Positions 9,116-17,964 are shown, counted from the stretch's first letter. The stretch is DNA of 32,000 nt from Mycobacterium tuberculosis H37Rv (GCF_000195955.2 NC_000962.3:3450001-3482000); one strand, 5' to 3'. Numbers and translations are program-made. The notes: a model not told the origin generated them from the letters alone.

Positions 9116-10807
9116 ATGCCGATCCCCTTTGCCGATGGGATGCTCAGCCGGCTGGGTCGCCGCGGGGCAGCGCTCGACCTGATCGAGGAGTTCGAGGACG
9201 AGTCCGGGGAGCCCCCCGCATCCCTGAGCCCCGCCGACCTGCTGGCCGCCGAACCGGCCCTGCTGCTGCAGAAGATGGAGAACCGCCTCGTCCGGCACCA
9301 CCTAGCCAATCCGGACGTGTTGAGCGGCGAACAGCTGCGCAAGCTGCGCTACATCCTCAATTTCGCCAGGCTGGCCGACTTCGAACCGGGGGCCGCGGGG
9401 CCGGGCGGAAGCCGCGGTCGCGGGGACATCTCGGTGGGCGGCCAAGTCGCGCCTTGGCGGTCCCGGGTCGTCGACGCGTTGTACGCACCGCTGCGCGAGG
9501 AGCCCGATCCGGTCACGGCGCTGGAGGGCGCGAAAGACGTGCTGGCGACGCTGGTCGACGACCAGGACGATCAGCGTCGAGTGCTCATCGAGCGCCACGG
9601 CAGCGACTTCTCCGCGACGGAACTCGACGCCGAGGTCGGCTACAAGAAGCTGGTGACCGTCCTCGGCGGCGGCGGGGGCGCGGGCTTCGTCTACATCGGC
9701 GGCATGCAACGGCTGCTGGCGGCCGGCCAGGTGCCCGACTACATGATCGGCTCGTCGTTCGGGTCGATCATCGGCAGCCTGGTGGCCCGTGAACTGCCGG
9801 TGCCGATCGACGAGTACGCCGAGTGGGCCAAAACGGTGTCCTACCGCGCCATCCTGGGCCCGGAGCGGCGGCGCAGCCGCCACGGGTTGGCCGGAATGTT
9901 CACCCTGCGCTTCGACCAGTTCGCCCATACCCTGCTCAGCCGTGCGGACGGCGAACGGATGCGCATGTCGGATCTGGCAATCCCGTTCGATGTCGTCGTC
10001 GCCGGTGTGCGCAGGCAGCCTTATGCGGCGCTGCCGTCCAGGTTCCGCCATCGCGAGCGGTCTACACTGACGTTGCGGTCGCTGCCGTTTCTGCCGATCG
10101 GTATCGGCCCGTGGGTGGCGGCACGCATGTGGCAAGTCGCGGCCTTCATCGACTTGCGGGTGGTCAAGCCGATCGTCATCAGCGCCGACGGCGCGACACG
10201 CGACGTCAACGTCGTTGACGCGGCGTCTTTCTCGTCGGCCATCCCCGGTGTGCTGCACCACGAAACCAGCGACCCGCGGATGCTGCCAATCCTCGACGAG
10301 TTGTGCGCCGACCAGGACGTCGCGGCGATGGTCGACGGCGGCGCGGCCAGCAACGTCCCGGTCGAATTGGCGTGGGAGCGGGTCCGCGACGGGCGGCTCG
10401 GCACCCGCAACGCGTGTTATCTGGCGTTCGACTGCTTCCATCCGCACTGGGACCCCCGACATCTGTGGCTGGTACCGATCACCCAGGCGGTCCAGCTGCA
10501 GATGGTGCGCAACCTGCCCTACGCCGACCACCTCGTCCGATTCGAGCCGACGCTGTCGCCGGTGAACCTGGCGCCGTCCGCGGCGGCCATCGACCGGGCT
10601 TGCCGGTGGGGGCGCGACAGCGTCGAACCGGCGATTGCGGTGACATCGGCGCTGCTGGAGCCGACGTGGTGGGAAGGCGACAGGCCCCCCGCCGCCGAAC
10701 CCAAGGAACGCACAAAGTCGGCGGCCTCGTCGATGAGCGCCGTGATGGCCGCGATTCAGGCGCCGACGGGCCGGTTTCGGCGATGGCGAAGCCGCCACCT
10801 GACCTAG
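9116..10807 (+). CDS. Patatin-like phospholipase (Rv3091-like)
   Basis: ATG at 9116, 17 nt after the SPFH gene. GGGGGAG oxyanion loop, GSSFG (GxSxG) nucleophile, and DGG catalytic Asp (MVDGGAASN). The track ORF 8459-10807 is an in-frame artefactual extension. Confidence 0.85.
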   Translation: MPIPFADGMLSRLGRRGAALDLIEEFEDESGEPPASLSPADLLAAEPALLLQKMENRLVRHHLANPDVLSGEQLRKLRYILNFARLADFEPGAAGPGGSRGRGDISVGGQVAPWRSRVVDALYAPLREEPDPVTALEGAKDVLATLVDDQDDQRRVLIERHGSDFSATELDAEVGYKKLVTVLGGGGGAGFVYIGGMQRLLAAGQVPDYMIGSSFGSIIGSLVARELPVPIDEYAEWAKTVSYRAILGPERRRSRHGLAGMFTLRFDQFAHTLLSRADGERMRMSDLAIPFDVVVAGVRRQPYAALPSRFRHRERSTLTLRSLPFLPIGIGPWVAARMWQVAAFIDLRVVKPIVISADGATRDVNVVDAASFSSAIPGVLHHETSDPRMLPILDELCADQDVAAMVDGGAASNVPVELAWERVRDGRLGTRNACYLAFDCFHPHWDPRHLWLVPITQAVQLQMVRNLPYADHLVRFEPTLSPVNLAPSAAAIDRACRWGRDSVEPAIAVTSALLEPTWWEGDRPPAAEPKERTKSAASSMSAVMAAIQAPTGRFRRWRSRHLT

Positions 10808-10813
10808 CGACGG

Positions 10814-11734
10814 CTACAGGGAACGCGACCTCGGCGGTCGAAAGCAAACCAGGTGCACAAGTGCAACAACAACGATTCCGATCACCAACCCAGTCGCCGC
10901 GCACGCCGCGGTGCTGACCAACCAGGTCAGCGCGCCACCAGCAGACCCCACCAGGTGGTCATCTAGGTGGTGAACCAGGCGGTACGGGGCGTGCCAGCCG
11001 AGGTGGTCGCTGCCCACAAGCACTATGTGGCCGCCCACCCAGAGCATGGCTCCCATCCCGACCGCTGACAGCGCCGATAGCAGTTTGGGCATCCCCGCGA
11101 CCAGGCCCCCGCCGATCCGCTGCCCGAATCGGGACGCGGTCTGGGTGAGGCGCAGGCCGACGTCGTCCATTTGGACGATGACGGCGACGACACCGTACAC
11201 CGCGGCGGTGATGACGAGGGCGACGATGACGAGGACGATGAGGCGCGGCACGAATGGCTGGTCGGCCACCTCGTTGAGGGCGATCACCATGATCTCGGCG
11301 GATAGGATGAAGTCGGTCCGGATCGCCCCGGCCACCAGCTCGCGTTCGGCGACCTGCGGCGCGGCGTCGTGGCCACGGCCGCCGATGACGCCGCACACCT
11401 TTTCGGCGCCCTCGTAGCACAGATACGTGGCGCCCAACATCAGCAGCGGGGTCAACAGCCACGGCACGAGCTGGCTGAGCAGCAATGCACCGGGAAGGAT
11501 GAGCAGCAGCTTGTTGCGCACCGACCCGATCGCGATGCGTTTGATGATCGGCAGCTCACGCTCAGCGGTGATCCGGTGGACGTATTGCGGCGTCACCGCC
11601 GTGTCGTCAATGACCACTCCCGCAGCCTTTGCCGTCGCACGACCGGCGGCGGCGCCGATGTCGTCAATCGAGGCGGCGGCCAGCCGTGCAAGAACCGCGA
11701 CATGGTCCAGCAGTCCGAACAGACCGCCGCTCAT
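10814..11734 (-). CDS. DUF808-family integral membrane protein (Rv3092c-like)
   Basis: Begins MSGGLFGLLDHVAVLARLAAASIDDIG..., typical of YedI/DUF808, with multiple TM segments. Met 171 of the 476-aa track ORF was chosen as the start because the upstream part overlaps the next gene. Confidence 0.75.
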   Translation of the reverse strand: MSGGLFGLLDHVAVLARLAAASIDDIGAAAGRATAKAAGVVIDDTAVTPQYVHRITAERELPIIKRIAIGSVRNKLLLILPGALLLSQLVPWLLTPLLMLGATYLCYEGAEKVCGVIGGRGHDAAPQVAERELVAGAIRTDFILSAEIMVIALNEVADQPFVPRLIVLVIVALVITAAVYGVVAVIVQMDDVGLRLTQTASRFGQRIGGGLVAGMPKLLSALSAVGMGAMLWVGGHIVLVGSDHLGWHAPYRLVHHLDDHLVGSAGGALTWLVSTAACAATGLVIGIVVVALVHLVCFRPPRSRSL

Positions 11735-11759
11735 CGCGACTCCGCCATCACGATCGAGG

Positions 11760-12764
11760 TTACCGTCTGCCGTCGTTGTCGCCAGCGGTGCCGTAGAGCC
11801 CGCCGGGTCGCAGCGCTCGCAGAGCCACCCGGCCCCCCGGGTCTTCAGCGGTGGCGGGCACGACCGCGACGCAATCGGCACCGGCATCCGCGTAGGCGCG
11901 GAGCCGGGCCGCCACTCGATCGGGGCTACCCAACGCACACACCCGGTCGAGCAGTTCGCTGGGGACAGCGACCGCCAGTTCGCGGCGAGTAGCCCGGGAC
12001 CGCGCGCTACGGACCAGGCCGTCGAAACCCAGCGCGCTGAACATTTCGCCATAGCCGGGCGGGGCGAGGTACACCGCCAGCTGAGCTGCCAGCTGGGAGT
12101 GCGCGGCCGCACCGGGGTTGACGGCGACCGGCACGCACACCGTGAGGCGCGGCGCGGCACGGCCGGCCGCGGCGGCTGCGCTGTCGATCGCCGCACGAAC
12201 CCGCCCGACACGGAACGGCGATGCCAGGTTGAGCACGACCTCATCGGCGTGCTGCGCGGCCAGGCGAATCATGCCAGGTCCAAACGCCCCCAACGCAATT
12301 CGCGTATCGGGCGCCGCACCGCGCAGCCGGAATCCGCGGCTGTTGACGTGACGGCCGCTGTATTCGACCCGCGCACCGGTAAATATCGACCGCAGGCATT
12401 CGATGGTTTCGCGCATGACCGGCACGTGGTGCGCCCAAGGTCGGCCATGCCAGCCGGCCACGATCGCCGGACTGGAAGCTCCCAGCGCGAGGTCAACCCG
12501 ACAGCCGGTGAGAGAAGCGACCGAACTGACCCCTAGCGCCAGCCCCACCGGACCGCGAACGCCGACGGCTAGCGGTCCGACCTTCAGCGTCATGTTTGGC
12601 GTGCGGAGCCCGATCGAGGTCGCGAGCGCGAACGCATCGTAGGTCGCCATTTCGCCGATCCACAGCGCAGCGAAACCCGTGTCAGCGGCCGCGAGCGCGA
12701 CATCGGTTGCCTCGTGGTCGGGGCGGTCAAGCCAGAACGGTAGGGCGACTTCGATATCGGTCAT
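11760..12764 (-). CDS. Luciferase-like (flavin/F420-dependent) oxidoreductase (Rv3093c-like)
   Basis: 334-aa ORF whose N-terminus and length resemble the luciferase-like monooxygenase (LLM) family. The start overlaps the upstream stop (ATGA at 12761-12764). Confidence 0.75.
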   Translation of the reverse strand: MTDIEVALPFWLDRPDHEATDVALAAADTGFAALWIGEMATYDAFALATSIGLRTPNMTLKVGPLAVGVRGPVGLALGVSSVASLTGCRVDLALGASSPAIVAGWHGRPWAHHVPVMRETIECLRSIFTGARVEYSGRHVNSRGFRLRGAAPDTRIALGAFGPGMIRLAAQHADEVVLNLASPFRVGRVRAAIDSAAAAAGRAAPRLTVCVPVAVNPGAAAHSQLAAQLAVYLAPPGYGEMFSALGFDGLVRSARSRATRRELAVAVPSELLDRVCALGSPDRVAARLRAYADAGADCVAVVPATAEDPGGRVALRALRPGGLYGTAGDNDGRR

Positions 12765-13891
12765 AGCATCGACACGTCGGCCGGCTGGTCGAGCAGGACA
12801 CGCCCGGGCAGTTCGCGTGATGCCTCGTTGACCTGGAAATGGGCGGTAGCGGTGAATGCGTCGCGGAACCGGCGCTGCAGCGGTGCGTTGTCGTAGATGG
12901 CGGTGCCGCCCGCCAGATCATACATGCTGCGCACCACGTCGGCCGAGGTCCGTACCGCGTGCGTGGCCGCCAACCGCAGCCGGTTGCGCATCGTCACCGG
13001 TACCGCCTCGGCATCGTGGCTGACCTGCCAGGCCGCCTCGATTACCTCGTAGAACAGGGCGCGGGCGGCGCCCAGCGCCGACTCGGCGGTTGCCGCCGCG
13101 GCTTGGGTCGCCGAACGTTCCGCCAAGGTCCGAGTGGACCCAAGCCCTTTCTTGCCGCCGGCCAGCTCGACCAGATCGTCAATCGCGGCGCGCGCATTGC
13201 CCAACGCAGCCGCGCCAATCGACAACGCGAAAAATCCAAACACCGGAAAGCGATACAGCGGCCGGTCCACGATTGGTCCGTCAAACACCGAGAACACGCG
13301 ATCAGCGGGCACGAAGACGTCGTCGGCAACGCAGTCGTGGCTGCCGGTGCCACGCAAACCCAATGTGTGCCAAGTGTCGAGGACCTGCAGCTCGTCCTTG
13401 TTCAGCGCGACGACCGACGGCACTTGCCGGTCGTCGACGAAGCAGCCGGCGAACATGATGTCCGCGTGGTTGATCCCGCTGCAAAACGGCCAGCGTCCGG
13501 ACACCACGACACCGCCGTCGACGGACCGGGCCGTGCCACGTGGCGCCCACACCCCCGCCGCGACACCCCGCCCCCCGCCGAACATTTCCTCGCGGCTGCG
13601 CGCCGGCAGGTAGGCGACCAGCAGGGCACTGGTAATCGCGATCGACACACACCATCCCGCTGACGCGTCACCACGCGCCACCGCCTCGGCGCACCGCAGC
13701 GCCCGCCCGGGTGCCAGCTCCGGCGCCGCAACCTCACGCGGCATGGTGGCGCGCAGCAAGCCGGCCTCGCGCAGCCGGGTCACCAGCTCGTCTGGCAGCC
13801 GACGATCGCGCTCGATTTCCGCGGATCGCGCTCGGGCCCACCGCGCGATCTTCTCGGCGAGGATCTCGATCTCGGTTTCGCTTTGGTTCAC
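12761..13891 (-). CDS. Acyl-CoA-dehydrogenase-fold flavin monooxygenase/dehydrogenase (Rv3094c-like)
   Basis: Acyl-CoA-dehydrogenase-like length and sequence. The GTG at 13891 has AGGAG 6 nt upstream. The longer ATG start at 13948 would place the operator palindrome inside the coding sequence, so it is disfavoured. Confidence 0.75.
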   Translation of the reverse strand: MNQSETEIEILAEKIARWARARSAEIERDRRLPDELVTRLREAGLLRATMPREVAAPELAPGRALRCAEAVARGDASAGWCVSIAITSALLVAYLPARSREEMFGGGRGVAAGVWAPRGTARSVDGGVVVSGRWPFCSGINHADIMFAGCFVDDRQVPSVVALNKDELQVLDTWHTLGLRGTGSHDCVADDVFVPADRVFSVFDGPIVDRPLYRFPVFGFFALSIGAAALGNARAAIDDLVELAGGKKGLGSTRTLAERSATQAAAATAESALGAARALFYEVIEAAWQVSHDAEAVPVTMRNRLRLAATHAVRTSADVVRSMYDLAGGTAIYDNAPLQRRFRDAFTATAHFQVNEASRELPGRVLLDQPADVSML

Positions 13892-13914
13892 GGGCGGCTC
13901 CTGATGACGGTGGC

Positions 13915-13955
13915 GGTTCAATGAAGTTACCACCCTTGGTTCAGTCATTGAACCA
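13915..13955. promoter_or_regulatory. Candidate operator in the divergent Rv3094c-like / HxlR promoter region
   Basis: Perfect 10-bp inverted repeat GGTTCAATGA (13915-13924) / TCATTGAACC (13945-13954), plus a nested palindrome TGGTTCA-gtcat-TGAACCA (13937-13955). That gives three GGTTCA half-sites. Confidence 0.55.
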
Positions 13956-13972
13956 GGTACAGTTGGTGGACC

Positions 13973-14449
13973 ATGGCCGTTTCCGATCTATCCCACCGCT
14001 TCGAAGGGGAGTCGGTCGGCCGGGCGCTCGAGCTAGTCGGTGAACGCTGGACGCTGCTTATCCTGCGTGAGGCGTTCTTCGGGGTGCGGCGGTTCGGTCA
14101 GCTCGCGCGGAACCTTGGCATTCCGCGGCCCACGCTGTCCTCGCGGCTGCGGATGCTCGTCGAGGTGGGTCTTTTTGACCGGGTGCCATATTCCTCCGAC
14201 CCCGAGCGACACGAGTACCGGCTCACCGAAGCGGGCCGCGATCTGTTCGCCGCGATCGTCGTCCTCATGCAGTGGGGGGATGAGTACTTGCCACGCCCAG
14301 AAGGACCACCGATCAAGCTGCGCCACCACACCTGCGGCGAGCACGCCGACCCACGCCTGATCTGTACCCACTGCGGCGAGGAGATCACCGCGCGCAATGT
14401 GACACCTGAACCGGGGCCGGGCTTTAAAGCCAAGCTGGCGTCCTCATAA
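13973..14449 (+). CDS. HxlR-family winged-helix transcriptional regulator (Rv3095-like)
   Basis: 158 aa. GERWTLLILREAFFGVRRFGQLARNLGIPRPTLSSRL is a typical HxlR helix-turn-helix. Divergent from the oxidoreductase operon. Confidence 0.85.
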   Translation: MAVSDLSHRFEGESVGRALELVGERWTLLILREAFFGVRRFGQLARNLGIPRPTLSSRLRMLVEVGLFDRVPYSSDPERHEYRLTEAGRDLFAAIVVLMQWGDEYLPRPEGPPIKLRHHTCGEHADPRLICTHCGEEITARNVTPEPGPGFKAKLASS

Positions 14450-14546
14450 CGATTCCCAACCTCAAATTGTTGCGAATCGATAATGCAAGCCGAACCACGT
14501 CGCCGAACAAGGCCGTACACCTTGGCCGGGAAACTATCGTCATTTT

Positions 14547-15686
14547 GTGCACCGTCGAACGGCCCTGAAGCTCCCGCTGCTGCTGGCGGCAGGCACGGTG
14601 CTGGGCCAAGCGCCGCGGGCCGCCGCCGAAGAACCAGGCCGGTGGTCGGCCGACCGCGCACATCGCTGGTATCAAGCGCACGGCTGGCTCGTCGGTGCAA
14701 ACTACATCACCTCGAACGCCATCAACCAGCTCGAGATGTTCCAGCCAGGCACATACGATCCCCGGCGCATCGACAACGAGCTGGGCCTTGCGCGGTTTCA
14801 CGGGTTCAACACCGTGCGAGTCTTCCTCCACGACCTGCTGTGGGCCCAAGACGCGCCCGGTTTCCAAACCCGGCTCGCGCAGTTCGTCGCCATCGCGGCG
14901 CGATACCACATCAAACCGCTCTTTGTCCTGTTCGACTCCTGCTGGGACCCGCTCCCCAGACCGGGTCGGCAGCGGGCGCCAAGGGCTGGGGTGCACAACT
15001 CCGGGTGGGTGCAAAGTCCGGGTGCTGAACGCCTCGATGACCGCCGCTATGCCAGCACGCTGTACAACTACGTCACGGGTGTGTTGGGCCAATTCCGCAA
15101 CGACGATCGCGTGTTGGGTTGGGACCTGTGGAATGAACCCGACAATCCCGCGCGCGTGTATCGCAAGGTGGAAAGGAAAGACAAGCTCGAGCGCGTCGCG
15201 GAGCTCCTCCCCCAAGTGTTCCGATGGGCCCGCACGGTCGATCCGGTTCAACCGCTGACCAGTGGTGTCTGGCAAGGGAATTGGGGAGATCCCGGACGCC
15301 GCAGCACCATCAGCGCCATTCAACTCGACAACGCCGACGTGATCACCTTCCACAGTTACGCCGCGCCGGCCGAATTCGAGGGCCGCATCGCTGAGCTCGC
15401 TCCGTTGCAGCGGCCAATCCTGTGCACCGAGTACCTGGCGCGGTCCCAAGGCAGCACTGTCGAGGGAATCCTGCCGATTGCTAAGCGGCACAACGTTGGT
15501 GCGTTCAATTGGGGTTTGGTGGCGGGAAAGACTCAGACCTATTTGCCGTGGGATTCGTGGGATCACCCCTACCGCGCGCCCCCGAAGGTGTGGTTTCACG
15601 ACCTGCTACACCCCAACGGCCGGCCGTATCGGGACGGCGAAGTTCAAACGATTCGGAAGCTGAACGGGATGCCGAGCCAGGACTAG
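14547..15686 (+). CDS. Secreted clan GH-A (GH5-like) glycoside hydrolase with Tat-type signal (Rv3096-like)
   Basis: GTG start. HRRTALKLPLLLAAG...AAA twin-arginine signal. WNEPDN acid/base motif and a CTEY candidate nucleophile strand. Confidence 0.75.
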   Translation: MHRRTALKLPLLLAAGTVLGQAPRAAAEEPGRWSADRAHRWYQAHGWLVGANYITSNAINQLEMFQPGTYDPRRIDNELGLARFHGFNTVRVFLHDLLWAQDAPGFQTRLAQFVAIAARYHIKPLFVLFDSCWDPLPRPGRQRAPRAGVHNSGWVQSPGAERLDDRRYASTLYNYVTGVLGQFRNDDRVLGWDLWNEPDNPARVYRKVERKDKLERVAELLPQVFRWARTVDPVQPLTSGVWQGNWGDPGRRSTISAIQLDNADVITFHSYAAPAEFEGRIAELAPLQRPILCTEYLARSQGSTVEGILPIAKRHNVGAFNWGLVAGKTQTYLPWDSWDHPYRAPPKVWFHDLLHPNGRPYRDGEVQTIRKLNGMPSQD

Positions 15687-15711
15687 GCTTTCCCCAGCCC
15701 GCATTGGGCGC

Positions 15712-15730
15712 GGCTCGCCGAATGCGAGCC
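15712..15730. terminator. Hairpin between convergent genes (possible bidirectional terminator)
   Basis: GGCTCGC-cgaat-GCGAGCC: 7-bp perfect stem, 5-nt loop, no U-tract. Confidence 0.3.
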
Positions 15731-15777
15731 CGACACCTACTGAAAACCATGTGCGCGGTCGGCCTGGCGGAACCGGA

Positions 15778-17091
15778 TCAGGCGGCGATACCGAGTTGCT
15801 GGTTAATCTGCGGCCAGGACAGCAAACCCCAGGGGGTGAGCAGTATCCAGTCGTGGATTTGCCAGGGGGCCAGTACGAAGCTGAACGGCGCTCCTTGGAC
15901 TACGGCTGTGTGCTCGAGGACAACCGCTTGTTGTGCGAGCGGATCAAGCGAGCCCGAATAGACATACGTCGGCGGAAGACCGTTCAGCGACCCATACAGC
16001 GGACTGACCAGCGGGTCGTTGACCGCAAGATTGCCTGCCCACGCCTGGCTGATCTGCCAGGTCCCCACATCGAGCCACGGGGACAGCAACACCATGGACG
16101 ACGGTACTGGGTTGCCCTGGCTCACCATGTATTGGGCGGCCGCCAGTGCGAGGTTGCCGCCCGCGGAGTCCCCGACCACGCTGACGTTGGAGACCCCGTG
16201 TTGCGCGATTTGCGTGGAGATGAGCCCGGCCATCGCCGGTACTACCGTCCCGGCAGTGCCTCCTTCCTGCACCAACGGGTAAATCGGCACTTGCACGGTC
16301 GCGCCGGTCTGGTAAGCCGTCACCGAGTAGTTGAGCCAGTGGAAGATTGACGGCGGCAGGATAAACGCGCCGCCGTGAATGGCAACCACGTATTCGCCGG
16401 TTGGATGAGCCGGCGTGATCTGCACGACGCTCATCCCGTCATAGGTGGTGTACTGGACCGTCTGTCCCAGCAGCGAGTTCAGCAACGGCGGTGGGGAGTT
16501 GCCAAGAAACCACGACAGCGGCGGTATGTCGCTGGCAATGAGCGCTAAAAGTGGATTGTTTGGGATTGCAAAGTGAGTTTCGAGCGCAGACAAACTCAGC
16601 AGGGGTTTCACCGGCCACAGCGAAGCGATGTCGAATCCGGCAGCCCCTGACGGCGTGCCGGTGAAGATCCCTGCCTGCGCCGCCGCGAAAGGCGGAACCT
16701 GCGTGAATCCGGCGGCCAGCGCCGTGGGGGCCCGCTGAATTTCCTGGTGAATCGTGGCAAAACCGTTCCCGATACCGCTGGCGAATTCACTCTGCAACAG
16801 CGAAGCGTTGGCCAGCTCGGCGGCGGCATACCCCTTGGCCGCGCCTGTCAATGCCTGCACAAACCGCTCATGAAACACCGCAAGCTGTGCGCTAAGAGCT
16901 TGATAGTCCTGACCATGGCCGGAAAACAAAGCCGCGATCGCGGCTGACACCTCGTCCTCGGCAGCGGCTAATACCGTCGTGGTGGCACCCGCGACACCCT
17001 GGCTCGCCGTCGCGACCACCGAACCAATCGAAGCCACGTCTGTGGCCGCGGCGGACATCACCTCCGGCAACGCAACAACATAAGACACCAC
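15778..17091 (-). CDS. lipY: PE-domain triacylglycerol lipase LipY (PE30, Rv3097c-like)
   Basis: GTG start. N-terminal PE domain (MVSYVVALPEVMSAAATDVASIG...). C-terminal HSL-family lipase with HGGAF and GDSAGG. Confidence 0.92.
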   Translation of the reverse strand: MVSYVVALPEVMSAAATDVASIGSVVATASQGVAGATTTVLAAAEDEVSAAIAALFSGHGQDYQALSAQLAVFHERFVQALTGAAKGYAAAELANASLLQSEFASGIGNGFATIHQEIQRAPTALAAGFTQVPPFAAAQAGIFTGTPSGAAGFDIASLWPVKPLLSLSALETHFAIPNNPLLALIASDIPPLSWFLGNSPPPLLNSLLGQTVQYTTYDGMSVVQITPAHPTGEYVVAIHGGAFILPPSIFHWLNYSVTAYQTGATVQVPIYPLVQEGGTAGTVVPAMAGLISTQIAQHGVSNVSVVGDSAGGNLALAAAQYMVSQGNPVPSSMVLLSPWLDVGTWQISQAWAGNLAVNDPLVSPLYGSLNGLPPTYVYSGSLDPLAQQAVVLEHTAVVQGAPFSFVLAPWQIHDWILLTPWGLLSWPQINQQLGIAA

Positions 17092-17242
17092 GCCGCTCCC
17101 GCCACCTCACGGCAACTTCCCCAGTTGCCCAGCCACTACCGATCGCCGAGTAGCCGGAGCTTATGCCCACGCCGAGTAGTCACGTGCCAGTTTGCGCGAA
17201 TTCCCAAAGTTAGACCGGCAAACGTGACGGCACCGATCCGTG

Positions 17243-17266
17243 TGGTGCAGCCGCCGGGAATCGAAC
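17243..17266 (-). repeat. Orphan tRNA-like 3' fragment (T-loop + 3' T-stem + acceptor + CCA), a direct repeat of the ssrA 3' end. Candidate att remnant.
   Basis: The minus strand reads GTTCGATTCCCGGCGGCTGCACCA. Positions 17244-17266 match 17968-17990 at 21 of 23 positions in the same orientation. No matching 5' T-stem or 5' acceptor lies upstream, so it is not a complete tRNA. Confidence 0.6.
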
Positions 17267-17411
17267 ACTCTCCGACGCAAAACGACCTGCGATTACGCGC
17301 GGGGCGTTGATGGCGTCAAGAAGGAATGAGGCGGCGAACGCGGGCGTTGGGGTGCCGCTATGCGTTGAACAATTGCTATACGATTGTGCAACATCAGCTA
17401 TCGTCGTACTC

Positions 17412-17612
17412 ATGACCGCGACCATCGGCTTCCGACCTACTGAAAAAGACGAGCAGATCATCAACGCCGCAATGCGCAGCGGCGAGCGCAAGAGCGACGT
17501 CATCCGGCGGGCACTGCAGCTGCTCGAACGGGAAGTGTGGATCAAGCAAGCTCGCACCGACGCTGAGCGACTTCGAGACGAGGATGTCTCCACTGAACCG
17601 GACGCGTGGTGA
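17412..17612 (+). CDS. Ribbon-helix-helix (CopG/MazE-like) antitoxin
   Basis: 66 aa: [38 protein letters not shown].... The stop overlaps the toxin start (GTGGTGA). Confidence 0.75.
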
Positions 17613-17926
17613 TTCGGGGAGCGGTCTACAGGGTCGACTTCGGCGATGCGAAGCGAGGCCACGAGCAACGCGGGCGGCGCTACGCCGTGGTCATCAGCCC
17701 CGGCTCGATGCCGTGGAGTGTAGTAACCGTGGTGCCGACGTCGACAAGCGCCCAACCTGCGGTTTTCCGACCAGAGCTGGAAGTCATGGGAACAAAGACA
17801 CGGTTCCTGGTGGATCAGATCCGGACGATCGGCATCGTCTATGTGCACGGCGATCCGGTCGACTATCTGGACCGTGACCAAATGGCCAAGGTGGAACACG
17901 CCGTGGCACGATACCTTGGTCTGTGA
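17606..17926 (+). CDS. MazF/PemK-family endoribonuclease toxin (Rv3098A-like)
   Basis: 106 aa with PemK hallmarks: [28 protein letters not shown] ... VVPTSTS ... LVDQIRTI. Confidence 0.8.
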
Positions 17927-17946
17927 TGGCCGTCGCATCTGCAAAT

Positions 17947-17964
17947 GGGCCACCGACCTGGCCC
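17947..17964 (-). terminator. Weak hairpin just 3' of the tmRNA gene
   Basis: GGGCCA-ggtcgg-TGGCCC on the minus strand, followed by ATTTGC. It begins 4 nt after the tmRNA 3' end. Confidence 0.3.

Noticed and set aside
17243-17320. Possible complete tRNA gene on the minus strand
   Set aside because: Only the T-loop, 3' T-stem, acceptor 3' strand and CCA are present. The 5' T-stem (GAGTG versus the required CCGGG) and the 5' acceptor (GCAGCCG) are absent, and no anticodon arm can be folded. I treat it as a fragment or repeat.
17210-17953. 247-aa minus-strand ORF spanning the whole TA locus (similar to an ORF I recall being annotated as Rv3098c)
   Set aside because: It is exactly antisense to a well-supported RHH antitoxin / PemK toxin pair. 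The translation is Arg/Ser/His-rich with no domain signature, so it is most likely a GC-driven antisense artefact.
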